From assembly GCA_035363155.1 (NCBI GenBank), contig DAOSEN010000002.1, positions 209,700-273,699 of the forward strand: DNA of 64,000 nt, given 5' to 3'. Numbering within the stretch: the stretch's first letter is position 1; each line of letters opens with the position of its first letter. Origin of the DNA: Candidatus Cloacimonadota bacterium (GTDB taxonomy: Bacteria > Cloacimonadota > Cloacimonadia > Cloacimonadales > Cloacimonadaceae). Below the pieces are notes generated by a model, which was not told the DNA's origin, made no database searches, and worked only from the letters and a program-made list of their open reading frames with translations. This document shows, piece by piece, positions 44,098 through 53,783 of the stretch. Both the position numbers and the translations under genes were made by a program.

Positions 44098-46971
44098 ATG
44101 AAAGCAAGATTAATCTGGATTTGTCTGATTCTGTTGTCACTGAGCATTGTTTATGCAAATACCGGCTGGGAAGCCCCCCAGAGGAAAACCAGTCACCCGA
44201 TGCCCAGTGCGGATTTTTACCGCTGGAGCCAAGCCCGAGCCGATAGTGCTCATGGTTTTGACGTGCAAAAATACGTGATTGACCTCACGATCAATACCAG
44301 TAGCCAGCACATTAGCGGCAATGTCCTCGCTACTGTGGAAGCTACAGACGTCCTTCCCTTCATCAGTTATGAACTTGTCGGGCTTACCGTTAGTTCTGTG
44401 AAAGTAAATGGCATCATCAGCACTTTCACCCATACCAATGGCATCATCCAGATCCCTGTGAATGCCATTGCCGGACAGATCTTCACCACCCAGGTCTATT
44501 ACAGCGGCAATCCCCAGCTCAGTGCCAATCTCTACAGTATCGGCATGCATTTTGTCACAAATTCTGTCTTCACTATCTCCGATCCTGATGCCGGACGCCA
44601 ATGGTGGCCGTGTTATGACCACCCCTGGGATAAAGCCGTCGTGGATCTGCATATCACCATGCGCAACGATTGGAAAGTAGCCGCCAACGGACTGCGGCAC
44701 AGCATTACCGACAATGGTAATGGAACTGCCACCACCATCTGGCTGGGTGAACATCCCATGACCACCTATCTGGTTTGCATTACTGCCGGGCCTTATGTGG
44801 AGATCGCTCAGAGCGCTCTTGAAGGTGAACTGCCTATCCTCAGTTTCGTTACCCAGGCGCAGTACAACAATGCTATGATAGATTTTGCCCCGGTACCCGC
44901 CATGATCGATTATTTCTCTCAGATCTTTGGCCCCTATCCCTTTGAAAAATACGGGCATGCCACGGTAAGCATGAATACCTATGGTGCTATGGAACACCAG
45001 ACGATGACCACTCTGGGCAGCTATATCATCACCGGAAATCACACCCACGAGCTCACTATTGCTCACGAACTGGCACATCAATGGTATGGCAATGCGGTCA
45101 GTTTCTTGGATTTCAAAGATGTCTGGCTCTCGGAAGGTTTTGCTACCTATTCGGAACATTTATGGACAGACAAGGCCCTGGGCTGGGCTTCTGCCTGCGC
45201 CTATGTCCTGAGCAGTTACCACACTTACTACATGAACTGGGAAAATGCCAATGGAGCCGCAACAATCTACAATCCCAGCTTTTACAACTATTTCTCTCCG
45301 CCTTCCTATGAAAAAGGTGCCAGCGTCCTCCACATGCTGCGGCTCAAGATCGGCAATGCCAATTTCTTCCAACTCCTCTCCCAGTGGTTTGAGACCTACA
45401 AACACGGCAATGCCATCACCAGTGAGTTTCAAGCTCTGGCAGAATCCATCAGCGGTATGGACCTCACCCAATTTTTCCATCAGTGGATCTATGGCAATGG
45501 CATCCCCTCAGTGCAATACAGCGTCCTGAGCAAATCCACCCCGGAACCGCAGGTGAAAATCCTGGCTAAAAGCGCATCTCCCACGGCTACAGACTTCCAC
45601 CTGGAAGTTCCCTTCCGGATCGTGCACAGCACAGGTACAGACAGCCTCCTGGTGCACGCCACTCCCAATGGTGCCATAAACATCTTCACAGGCATCCCCA
45701 GCCCCGATGAGGTGATTGCGAATTACAACAATTGGACTCTGCTCCGGGGAATCACATCCGTAGCCCCCGTAATCACTGAATGCCTGGCTTCCAACGCCTC
45801 GGTGCTCTTGTCCTGGCCGGAATTTGGCTTTGGTGAGGGTTACCGGTATCTGCTCTGGCGCAAAACCACTACAGAGCAGACCTGGCAGCAGATTACACCC
45901 ATCCCTCTAACCCAGACCACATATACCGATACAAACGTGCAAAACGGCATCACCTACCAGTACCTCCTGCGCGCCATAGATTTGGATGATTTTGTCAGCC
46001 AGCCCTCAGCCCTTGCAAGCGCTACTCCGGTAGTCTTCAGCTTTGCCAGCTATCTCCTTGTCGTGGATGAATCCCGGGATGGCAATGGCACCAATATCAA
46101 TCCCAACGACCAGATGGTGGATGATTTTTATGCCGCTGCTCTGGCCCCAATCCCCTATTCCACCTGGGATATCGCCAGCCAGGGAGCCCCACCCCTCAGT
46201 ACCCTGGGAAACTACAAGATCCTCTTCTGGCACGATGATGACTTTTCGGAGAATCTCCTGCTCAGCCACCAGGGCCTGCTGTCCAGCTATCTGCTGGGAG
46301 GCGGCAAGGTCATCATTTCCGGCTGGAAAACCGCCTCGGTACTCATGCAGGAGTTTATCAACCGCTTCTCCCCCGGGCTGGAAATTTACTATGACAACGG
46401 AGCCAGCCTCATCAGCGCTGAGAGCCAGAACTATCCCACCCTGCTGGTGGATCCAAACAAACTGGTAGCCCCCTGGAATGGCATGCTGCCCATGATCTAC
46501 ACCTTTGGGGGTGATCTCCCCAGCCTCTATACAGCCAATATGCTTCCCAGCGCCAATGGCCAGGGACGCAGCCTCGCCTTTCATCAGGGCAATCTCTGCT
46601 TCTTTGGCTTCCCCCTCTACTTCATGCAAGCCGAAGGGGTGCGCAGCCTGATGCAACAGCTCCTGCCCGAGCTCCATCCTGTCTCCAGTGAGGATCCTCT
46701 CGCCAGCCCCAATGCCATGCACCTGAGCGCCTATCCCAATCCCTTCAATCCCAGCACCACCATCTCTTTCAGCCTGCCCCGTTCCGGAACCGCCACGCTG
46801 AATCTCTACAATCCCAAAGGCCAGAAAGTCCTCTGCCTTGCCACCGGAGATTTCCAGAAGGGTACCCACAGCGTGCAGCTCGATGCCAGCAGCCTGGCCA
46901 GCGGGGTTTACCTGCTCCGGCTCGATACCGCTGGACACCGCTTCACCCGGAAAATCACTCTGATGAAGTAG
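44098..46971 (+). CDS. M1-family aminopeptidase with Fn3-like and T9SS C-terminal sorting domains
   Basis: HELAHQWYGN and WLSEGFATY zinc motifs. The C-terminus is AYPNPFNPSTTISFSLP...LNLYNPKGQKV...GVYLLRLD...KITLMK. The start is taken at MKARLIWICLILL (44098) rather than the ORF-track 43906. Confidence 0.85.
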   Translation: MKARLIWICLILLSLSIVYANTGWEAPQRKTSHPMPSADFYRWSQARADSAHGFDVQKYVIDLTINTSSQHISGNVLATVEATDVLPFISYELVGLTVSSVKVNGIISTFTHTNGIIQIPVNAIAGQIFTTQVYYSGNPQLSANLYSIGMHFVTNSVFTISDPDAGRQWWPCYDHPWDKAVVDLHITMRNDWKVAANGLRHSITDNGNGTATTIWLGEHPMTTYLVCITAGPYVEIAQSALEGELPILSFVTQAQYNNAMIDFAPVPAMIDYFSQIFGPYPFEKYGHATVSMNTYGAMEHQTMTTLGSYIITGNHTHELTIAHELAHQWYGNAVSFLDFKDVWLSEGFATYSEHLWTDKALGWASACAYVLSSYHTYYMNWENANGAATIYNPSFYNYFSPPSYEKGASVLHMLRLKIGNANFFQLLSQWFETYKHGNAITSEFQALAESISGMDLTQFFHQWIYGNGIPSVQYSVLSKSTPEPQVKILAKSASPTATDFHLEVPFRIVHSTGTDSLLVHATPNGAINIFTGIPSPDEVIANYNNWTLLRGITSVAPVITECLASNASVLLSWPEFGFGEGYRYLLWRKTTTEQTWQQITPIPLTQTTYTDTNVQNGITYQYLLRAIDLDDFVSQPSALASATPVVFSFASYLLVVDESRDGNGTNINPNDQMVDDFYAAALAPIPYSTWDIASQGAPPLSTLGNYKILFWHDDDFSENLLLSHQGLLSSYLLGGGKVIISGWKTASVLMQEFINRFSPGLEIYYDNGASLISAESQNYPTLLVDPNKLVAPWNGMLPMIYTFGGDLPSLYTANMLPSANGQGRSLAFHQGNLCFFGFPLYFMQAEGVRSLMQQLLPELHPVSSEDPLASPNAMHLSAYPNPFNPSTTISFSLPRSGTATLNLYNPKGQKVLCLATGDFQKGTHSVQLDASSLASGVYLLRLDTAGHRFTRKITLMK

Positions 46972-47035
46972 GGAACTGAGTTCACACATCGTCTGCAAGA
47001 TCGGTTTGAGCCTATTCGGCTGGCTCTTGTTTGAA

Positions 47036-47098
47036 TTACGCTATCAATACGCTATCATTACGCATCGCATACGTATTGATGGCGTAATCATAGCGCAG
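47036..47098. repeat. REP-like palindrome of the GCTATCAATACG family
   Basis: ATTACGCTATCAATACG / GCTATCATTACGC pair with CGTATTGATGGC / GCGTAATCATAGC. The core is shared with 865-911. It lies directly 3' of a gene. Confidence 0.55.
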
Positions 47099-47129
47099 CA
47101 GGATGTTGGGCCATGGAGCAGGAAAGTAG

Positions 47130-47290
47130 TATAAAGTATCACCCAAACCTGCAAATGGGTATCACCTGTCACAGTGGTCGTAAAGGTTTATGGTGTGGCG
47201 AGATAGATAGGACTTGTTTTAGACTGTGTCACAGTGGTCTTTGGACGAAGTTGGACGTTTTTGTATCAGGGATTCTGCAAATTTGGACTG
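47130..47290. repeat. Transposase-proximal transposon end with spaced CTGCAAAT..GTATCA sites
   Basis: Sites at 47130-47141 (terminal), 47141-47165 and 47261-47285. Confidence 0.7.
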
Positions 47291-47921
47291 TTTTCAGGGT
47301 ATTTTCAGACCATCGAATTTGTAAAAACTATTAGCTCATTGTTTCCGCTGCGCCGTTGGTGCGTTTTCCCGTATCAGTAAATTACTCCCGGTCTGAATAG
47401 TGTCCATATGACTGGTTCACAAGTCTGATCCGGTGAAAACATGCTTATCTCACTCAGCAGCAAACATATGAGCTGCTTTTTAGGGCGTTTTGCCTCAGAG
47501 CATTTTCTATTTACGGGTTGTTGTCTTCCTGGCATTATTATGTGAAATATGGGGGAAGCAGATTTATGCTAAAAATCTCCCGAAATCTCCATTTGTTGGC
47601 GGAAAGGACTTCCCAAGTTATTGCCATGCAGCAGAGTAGCACCCAGCAATAACATGATGGAGGCGCTTATGAAAGCGACCAGTTACGAGTTAAAACAGAG
47701 GGCGTTCGGGTCAGACCACTGTGACACGTCGACCACTGTGACAGGTGTCACAGTGGTCCCGGAAAGGCGAAAAAACCCGGAGATGACGACCAATACTGGG
47801 TTTGAGCACTGTGACAGATGTCAAGGTGGTCCGAAATCAGGGAAATATGCCTCAAATGCAGATCAGTAATGAATTCAAGCACTGTGACACACAGAATAGC
47901 AGTTTTAATGTCGCAGTGGTG
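47167..47921. promoter_or_regulatory. Nine copies of TGTCACAGTGGTC (half-sites and palindromes) in the non-coding leader of the transposase gene
   Basis: - Forward copies at 47167, 47227, 47746, 47819 (2 mismatches) and 47909 (2 mismatches).
- Reverse copies at 47714, 47731, 47804 and 47877.
- 47731-47758 is a perfect 28-bp palindrome, GACCACTGTGACA-GG-TGTCACAGTGGTC. Confidence 0.75.
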
Positions 47922-47954
47922 CCAAAACCCGCTTATGTCCCGAGGAGGTTTAGG

Positions 47955-49898
47955 ATGAGCAAGCTCAAAGTAGAGGAGGTGAGAAAATCATCTCACATAC
48001 AAGAGCTCCCTGATGAATCCAAGCACTCCGAATTCATCGACTTTACACCTCGTGATAAGTTACCACTCAAATACGACCGAGAAGCCAGATTAATTGGACA
48101 TTTCTGCAACCTCGTCATCCGCAGGTTAGCCATATGCGGATCTAAGGTGGATGAGTGGCAACGGATCGTGCAGGAATACAACAGCGGCCAGTTAGTGCCA
48201 GAGTTGTATCAGATCAGAGGAGAACGCAAGGAACGGGCACTGAGGGTCTGGATCGACCAGTATGCCAAGTCTGACCGGGATATGTTCGCCTTGCTGCATA
48301 AGAGCAAGAACCTTACTCACAGCCGCAGGGTAACCGAGACCGAGACTAAGGTGCTACTCAGCATTCTGCTGCATCCCAACCAAATCACCATTGGAAGCGC
48401 CATCAACATGCTCAAGACCCAAGCCCGGCTGGGCTATTACGAGTCTCCAACCAGTAAACCAACGCTGAGACGCTGGTGCACTGAATGGATGCAAGACAAT
48501 CTAGCGACCTGGGAGCTAACCAGAAAGGGCAGCAAGTACGTGGCAGAGCACATAATCAAGACTATTCACCGAGATTCCAGACTACTGAGAGTGGGACAGG
48601 TATGGGTGGCTGATGGACATACTCTGGCCTTCGATATCCTCAATCCTCAGACCGGGAAAGCCCAACGCATGACCATGATCATGGTCTTCGACTGGGCGAG
48701 CCGCTATCCGGTAGGAGCCACGCTTGCCTTCTCTGAGGACAGCCATCACATCCAAGTAGCCTTCCGTAACGGCTTCCTTAACTGGGGCGCCTTGCCGGAG
48801 GCGGTGTATCTCGATAATGGCAAGGCATTCAGATCTAAGCTATTCCATGAGCATTGGGATGGGCACGATCTGGAAGTGGAGTTAGGTGGCATTTTCCCGA
48901 AGTTAGGCATCGAAGCCCACTTCGCTGAGAGCTATAATGCCAAGGCCAAGGTGATCGAGCGGTTCTTCAGGACCTTCCAGGAGCAGTTCGAACGCTTCAT
49001 CTCTTCCTTCAGAGGTTCCAACATCGCTAATAAACCATCAACACTGATGCGTAACGAGAAGTGGGCAAAGGCCTTGTTCAAATCACAGCCACCTACTATA
49101 GATGAGGCGATTCAGATGATCGGCTTCTATATCAGACACGTTTATGGCGAAAACGTGCACAGCAGCCTGAACGGCCAGACTCCCTGGCAGGTATTCAGTT
49201 CGGCTCCTCTGCCACAGGATAGGTTAGTACAGCCCGATAGGCTCAACTTCATGATGCTGGCTACCGAGCGCAAGGCGATCCGCAGTGAGGGCATTGTGTT
49301 CAATAAGCTACTCTACTGGCACGAAGCCCTTATCGATAACATCGGAAAACCGGCGATCATCCGCTACGACTTTGCTGATGCCAGGTGGATACTCGTCTAC
49401 GATACCAAAGACAACTATATCTGCCAGGCTGAACTCCGCAGAAGCCAGCATCCCTTTATTCATATCGATAAGAGCAACCCTGTAGCCCATCGGGAGCTCA
49501 ATAAAGAATACACCCACATCAAGAAGCTGCAACGACTGACCGAGCAACATGCCAGAGACTTCGTGATCAGTAATCAGGAAGCGGTGGATAGGCTGCTCGA
49601 ACCCTACCTGCAGGCAGCAATCGCATCCGATAACCCGACCTTCAAACAAGGCTCCATGATAGCACCTCCGGAACCGGGAGCCGAGCAGTTCATGGAGAAC
49701 CTGGAGCAGGAACTGGTCAAGGACCTGCCTGAACTTGAATTTGTACCCCCCGAGCAGCAGAACTATGGATCGGATGAGCAAGTCCCGGTCCAGGATGATA
49801 ACCCGGCTGAGGAACCCAAACTACAGCCGGAAGAGATTGAAGACGATGATGACGATAGTTTCTACTCAATGCTGAAGACAGTCGGCATCATAGATTAA
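47955..49898 (+). CDS. DDE transposase of the Mu/TnsB/TniA type
   Basis: Catalytic contexts VWVADGH, YLDNGKAF and AKVIERFF give D-67-D-48-E spacing (MuA is D-67-D-56-E, from memory). The C-terminal tail is acidic. The start is moved to the ATG at 47955, which has a GGAGG SD. Confidence 0.8.
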   Translation: MSKLKVEEVRKSSHIQELPDESKHSEFIDFTPRDKLPLKYDREARLIGHFCNLVIRRLAICGSKVDEWQRIVQEYNSGQLVPELYQIRGERKERALRVWIDQYAKSDRDMFALLHKSKNLTHSRRVTETETKVLLSILLHPNQITIGSAINMLKTQARLGYYESPTSKPTLRRWCTEWMQDNLATWELTRKGSKYVAEHIIKTIHRDSRLLRVGQVWVADGHTLAFDILNPQTGKAQRMTMIMVFDWASRYPVGATLAFSEDSHHIQVAFRNGFLNWGALPEAVYLDNGKAFRSKLFHEHWDGHDLEVELGGIFPKLGIEAHFAESYNAKAKVIERFFRTFQEQFERFISSFRGSNIANKPSTLMRNEKWAKALFKSQPPTIDEAIQMIGFYIRHVYGENVHSSLNGQTPWQVFSSAPLPQDRLVQPDRLNFMMLATERKAIRSEGIVFNKLLYWHEALIDNIGKPAIIRYDFADARWILVYDTKDNYICQAELRRSQHPFIHIDKSNPVAHRELNKEYTHIKKLQRLTEQHARDFVISNQEAVDRLLEPYLQAAIASDNPTFKQGSMIAPPEPGAEQFMENLEQELVKDLPELEFVPPEQQNYGSDEQVPVQDDNPAEEPKLQPEEIEDDDDDSFYSMLKTVGIID

Positions 49899-49907
49899 GG
49901 AGGATCA

Positions 49908-50624
49908 ATGAAACCAAACAAGCTCGTGCAAATCAAGAACGTGATCAAGACTGATGCCTGCATTCAGTTTCTGATGAACCGCCCCAAGACCGAGATGGTG
50001 GGACTGGGACTGATCTATGGCAAGCCCGGATTGGGCAAGACCACCTATGCCAGCCGGATCGCCTTTATGAGAGGCTACATCTATATGCGGCTGGAGGCTA
50101 CCAGCACTCCCAAGTCCTTCGCCAGCGACCTCTTAACCGCATTATACCGCCGGTTCAAACTGGGAGAGTACATCCCCAGTGGCACAACCAACAACCTGTT
50201 CAAATACTGCCTGAAGATCTTGGAAGACAATCCAGAGACGGTGATCGTGATCGATGAGATCGACTATGCCTTCAAACATGAAAAGCTGTTGGGAGCGATC
50301 CGGGACATCGTGGATGAGACCTTGACCATAGTCCTTTTAGTAGGTATGCAGGATGCCAAGACCAAGTTGGCCGGGATCAACAAGCACTACTTCGACCGCT
50401 GCAACTACTTCTATGAGTTCAAATCCGTAGGCAAGGACGATATCCGCAAGATAGCCAGGGAAGTAATGGACATCCCGGTCGACGAGGCAGTGGTTACCAA
50501 GATTGATGCACACTGTAGCGGTAACCTGCGCAGAGCCATGAAGATCATGTACATCCTCGAAGGTGCCAAGCTGAAGAATCCCAACCTCGACATCGCTTCC
50601 ATAGATCTGGGTAGGGACTTATGA
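49908..50624 (+). CDS. AAA+ transposition ATPase (TniB/MuB/TnsC-like)
   Basis: Walker A GKPGLGKTT and Walker B VIVIDEIDY. The SD is TAAGGAGG, and the gene starts 9 nt after the transposase stop. Confidence 0.75.
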   Translation: MKPNKLVQIKNVIKTDACIQFLMNRPKTEMVGLGLIYGKPGLGKTTYASRIAFMRGYIYMRLEATSTPKSFASDLLTALYRRFKLGEYIPSGTTNNLFKYCLKILEDNPETVIVIDEIDYAFKHEKLLGAIRDIVDETLTIVLLVGMQDAKTKLAGINKHYFDRCNYFYEFKSVGKDDIRKIAREVMDIPVDEAVVTKIDAHCSGNLRRAMKIMYILEGAKLKNPNLDIASIDLGRDL

Positions 50625-51277
50625 CCAGTAAGGAACTCGTACTCAACTTCGTCAATCAATACCGCAAGCCCTTTGATGCCAATCTGATCGCCGAGATGAC
50701 CGGCCTTGGTGTGAACGATGTTGAGCCCATCATCAGCGATCTGGTTGCCGATGGCACCATTAAACGGATCAGTGACCGGGAAGAGATCTATGCCCGTAGC
50801 AACCGCTTCATCACCAAGACGGCCAATCAAATGCGTCCCAACTGGTACTTCGATCCCCAGGCAGCCCTGGCTCTACTCAATCTGATCGAGCAGGGCAGCT
50901 ACACATCGATCAGAGGCATAGCCGCTGACTTTGGTAAGAGCCGCCAGTGGGTGTTCGTCTATCTGGAAGCCCTAGCATCCATGGGCGTAATCGGACTCAA
51001 TGAACATGGCTACTGTGTGCTCACCAAAAAGGACGTAAATAAGGTCGGCATCAAGATCAATCCAAGCATCCTCCGGCAGTTAAGATCTCATTGCTCTGAA
51101 CTGCGTAAACAGCAAAATCTACAGGAAAAGCTCGCAGCCTGGCAGCTCAAGTTAGAAGGCAAGGAACCCCTCGAAAAGGAGATAGAAGCCTTTGATAGCT
51201 TTAATCAGGTAACCATGCAAGCACTGAAGATTCTGCAACGCAAAATGACACTTGATGTTGATATTGCGATAGAATAG
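50621..51277 (+). CDS. 218-aa protein with two winged-helix-like segments and a coiled-coil tail; third gene of the transposition operon
   Basis: ATGA overlap with the ATPase gene. LIAEMTGLGVNDVEPIISDLVADGTIKRI and IRGIAADFGKSRQWVFVYLEALASMGVIGL both resemble wHTH. No zinc-finger (TniQ) motifs are present. Confidence 0.5.
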   Translation: MTSKELVLNFVNQYRKPFDANLIAEMTGLGVNDVEPIISDLVADGTIKRISDREEIYARSNRFITKTANQMRPNWYFDPQAALALLNLIEQGSYTSIRGIAADFGKSRQWVFVYLEALASMGVIGLNEHGYCVLTKKDVNKVGIKINPSILRQLRSHCSELRKQQNLQEKLAAWQLKLEGKEPLEKEIEAFDSFNQVTMQALKILQRKMTLDVDIAIE

Positions 51278-51591
51278 TATGGGTTTTTGCATGACAAGAT
51301 ACCTGGCTGTGCTGAGTTAACAGATTTTTCTCCTTTACAGAATTACTCTTGAAGACAAAGTGGACTTTATGTATGGAATACCTAAGCTCAGCCAAGTTAT
51401 CAACAAGGATTATGGATGTATGACTTCGAATAATACCCTTGGTTCTATTGCAGATTCGGTTAAGGAAACCGATAGCTATATCCTGTTGCCTGAAATAGAG
51501 CAGCAAGGAAAAAACATGTTTGCACAGAAGTCAGTAGTCGAAGCAATAAACAAGGCTTTTATGAAAATCTGTTTAACGGCAGGAGAAATTG

Positions 51592-51960
51592 TGACCCTGT
51601 CCCATTTTTTACACCACGTGTAAGTTGACACGTTTGCTATCGACATTGTTTTCATAGTTTTCTCTGAATTTCGCTGGAGGCATGTAGTTCAGGGCACTGT
51701 GGGGTCGATTCATGTTGTAATCCAACCGCCAATTCATGATCACATCTCTTGCTTCCAGTAAATCTCCAAAACAATTAAGGTCAAGACATTCTTTTCTGAA
51801 CTTGCCATTGAAGCTCTCGACAAAGGCATTCTGTTGTGGCTTCCCGGGAGCGATGAAGCTGAGATCAACCTTGTTATCCTGTGACCATTTGAACATGACT
51901 GAGCTACGGAATTCGGGGCGGGGAGACCGTAAAAAACAAAATGCTGCTGATGAAGTAGTA
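51592..51960 (-). pseudogene. 3' remnant of an IS3-family insertion sequence (C-terminal rve fragment plus one terminal IR)
   Basis: The minus-strand fragment ..IAPGKPQQNAFVESFNGKFRKECL...NMNRPHSALNYMPP is the end of an IS3-type OrfB. On the plus strand TGACCCTGTCCCATTTTTT starting at 51592 is the complement of the element's terminal inverted repeat, so on the gene strand the IS would end in ...CA, as IS3-family ends do. The N-terminal two-thirds of the transposase is absent. Confidence 0.7.
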
Positions 51961-52021
51961 TAACCATTAAGTGCGGAGCGGCGCTTGTCGCCGCTCCATA
52001 CCCATTAAACAGGAAGTCCAT

Positions 52022-53653
52022 ATGAAGAAGTATATACTGATGTCAATGCTCCTGATACCCTTGCTGGTATTTGGGATTACCAGACATGTGTCCCTGGATG
52101 GAACTCAGGACTATACGTCCATTCAAGCAGCTATCAATGATGCCCAAAGCGGAGATGTGGTATTGGTGCATCCAGGCCGCTATATTGAAAACATCGATCT
52201 CTCTAATAAACAGAATATTACTCTGACATCTATGGAATACACCACCGGAGATTCTACCTTCGTTAGCTCAACAATCATCGACGGCTCCGCAAACGCCAAT
52301 TCCACAGTTCTATTCTATGAAAACGCCGTGAATATCACTCTCAGAGGGTTTTCGATTACGGGTGGCAGAGGATATGATTACTTTAATGGAGCTTCACCTC
52401 GTCAGATATTCGGAGGTGGTATATTCTTCCACGCCAACTGTAGCGGTATTCTTCTTAACCTGCATGTGTATGGAAACAAGGCATCTATGGGGGGAGGGGT
52501 AGCTATTCTTCAGACCAATAGCGTTTCGCTTTCGAATGTCAACATCTACAACAATATGGCTCGTTATATTGGAGGCGGGCTTGATATCGGCAGTTCACCT
52601 CAGGGTGGTTCGCCTACTATAATCTTTTCCCAAACCGACAGATGCAGCATATACAACAATTTCGCCCAGTGGGGCATGGATATTCATTGGCATTATATTC
52701 ATTATGGCACGGTTTCAGTCTATCTGAAGAAGTTCACTGTGCCCAGTTATGAGCGATATTATGCCGATCATTATGATGCTGGATACGACGCATCTCCTTA
52801 TGTGGTGTTTGATGTTCAGGAAGCCTATCTGCAGCCGGTTGATGCGGACATCTATGTAAGCCCCCAGGGAAGTGATAGTAATGATGGGCTGAGCCCTAGC
52901 ACCGCCCTAAAAACTCCCTCGCTGGGCATACAGAGAATTGCCAGCAATCCAGCTCAACCCCAGACTGTCCACCTTATGGCTGGAACCCATCACAACGTCT
53001 TTATGGATGAGTATATCCCCATTGCCATTAAGGATTATACAATTCTGCAGGGTGTATCCGAATCTCAAACAAGGCTTTACGCCGCAAATCTGATCCGGGG
53101 CACAGGTGTAGTCACCATGGGAATCCAGCGGTATGGGATGCGGATGAAAAATGTGTCCATCTCCACAAGCATGGCATCTGCACTCTTCAGTTGGGAGATT
53201 TTTGATTGCCATTATGAAAACATTACTCTCTACACAGAATCTAAAAACAACAACATTCCTGAGAGATATTACTCGTCTGCGTCATTAGACATAGGTAATA
53301 TAGTTATGGATAATGGTAAGCACTTGTTCTCCGTTGTAAGTCTTGGTGGAGGACAAGAAAGCGAAACAATCGTTACCCCGGTCATGTCAGCAATGATCTA
53401 TCCCAATCCAATGCGCGGTAATACCAATATTGAAGTTAATACCACTGCCAAAAGTGTTGTTGACATCAGTATATATAATCTTAAGGGGCAGTTAGTTAGA
53501 AAAATCGATTCCGCTGAAATCTTAAAAGGCAATACATCCTTTATCTGGAATGGTTTAGCTGATGATGGCAAGCCTGTTGCACAAGGAATATACTTCTGTA
53601 GGATAAAGTCCCAAAACTATCTATTGACAAAGAAGCTGATTGTCTTAGATTAA
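52022..53653 (+). CDS. Secreted right-handed beta-helix protein with a T9SS C-terminal domain (transposon cargo)
   Basis: Signal peptide MKKYILMSMLLIPLLVFG. Beta-helix context ITLRGFSITGGRG..GGGIFF. The C-terminus is IYPNPMRGNTNIEV..ISIYNLKGQLV..GIYFCRIK..KKLIVLD. Confidence 0.8.
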   Translation: MKKYILMSMLLIPLLVFGITRHVSLDGTQDYTSIQAAINDAQSGDVVLVHPGRYIENIDLSNKQNITLTSMEYTTGDSTFVSSTIIDGSANANSTVLFYENAVNITLRGFSITGGRGYDYFNGASPRQIFGGGIFFHANCSGILLNLHVYGNKASMGGGVAILQTNSVSLSNVNIYNNMARYIGGGLDIGSSPQGGSPTIIFSQTDRCSIYNNFAQWGMDIHWHYIHYGTVSVYLKKFTVPSYERYYADHYDAGYDASPYVVFDVQEAYLQPVDADIYVSPQGSDSNDGLSPSTALKTPSLGIQRIASNPAQPQTVHLMAGTHHNVFMDEYIPIAIKDYTILQGVSESQTRLYAANLIRGTGVVTMGIQRYGMRMKNVSISTSMASALFSWEIFDCHYENITLYTESKNNNIPERYYSSASLDIGNIVMDNGKHLFSVVSLGGGQESETIVTPVMSAMIYPNPMRGNTNIEVNTTAKSVVDISIYNLKGQLVRKIDSAEILKGNTSFIWNGLADDGKPVAQGIYFCRIKSQNYLLTKKLIVLD

Positions 53654-53783
53654 CCAAACCAGCTTGTTGAAGCTATTAGGCGGGGGTTCGTCCCCGCCTG
53701 ATAGTGACAATCAATGGCTATGAAAACGACATGACGTTCAACAAGCAATCATACCATAGAATTATTATGGATAGGACTATATT

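Noticed and set aside
47113-47869. Track ORFs 47113..47334 (73 aa) and 47621..47869 (82 aa), considered as a possible transposon-encoded repressor or small protein
   Set aside because: Both are composed largely of the end-site and TGTCACAGTGGTC repeats. They have no SD and Cys/His-rich nonsense composition. The N-terminal 51 codons of the 47802 ORF are rejected as well, in favour of the ATG at 47955 with a GGAGG SD.
51360-51623. 87-aa ORF after the transposition genes
   Set aside because: It has a weak ribosome-binding context. Its 3' end runs across the IS3 remnant's terminal inverted repeat, so the ORF probably arose by chance at the junction.
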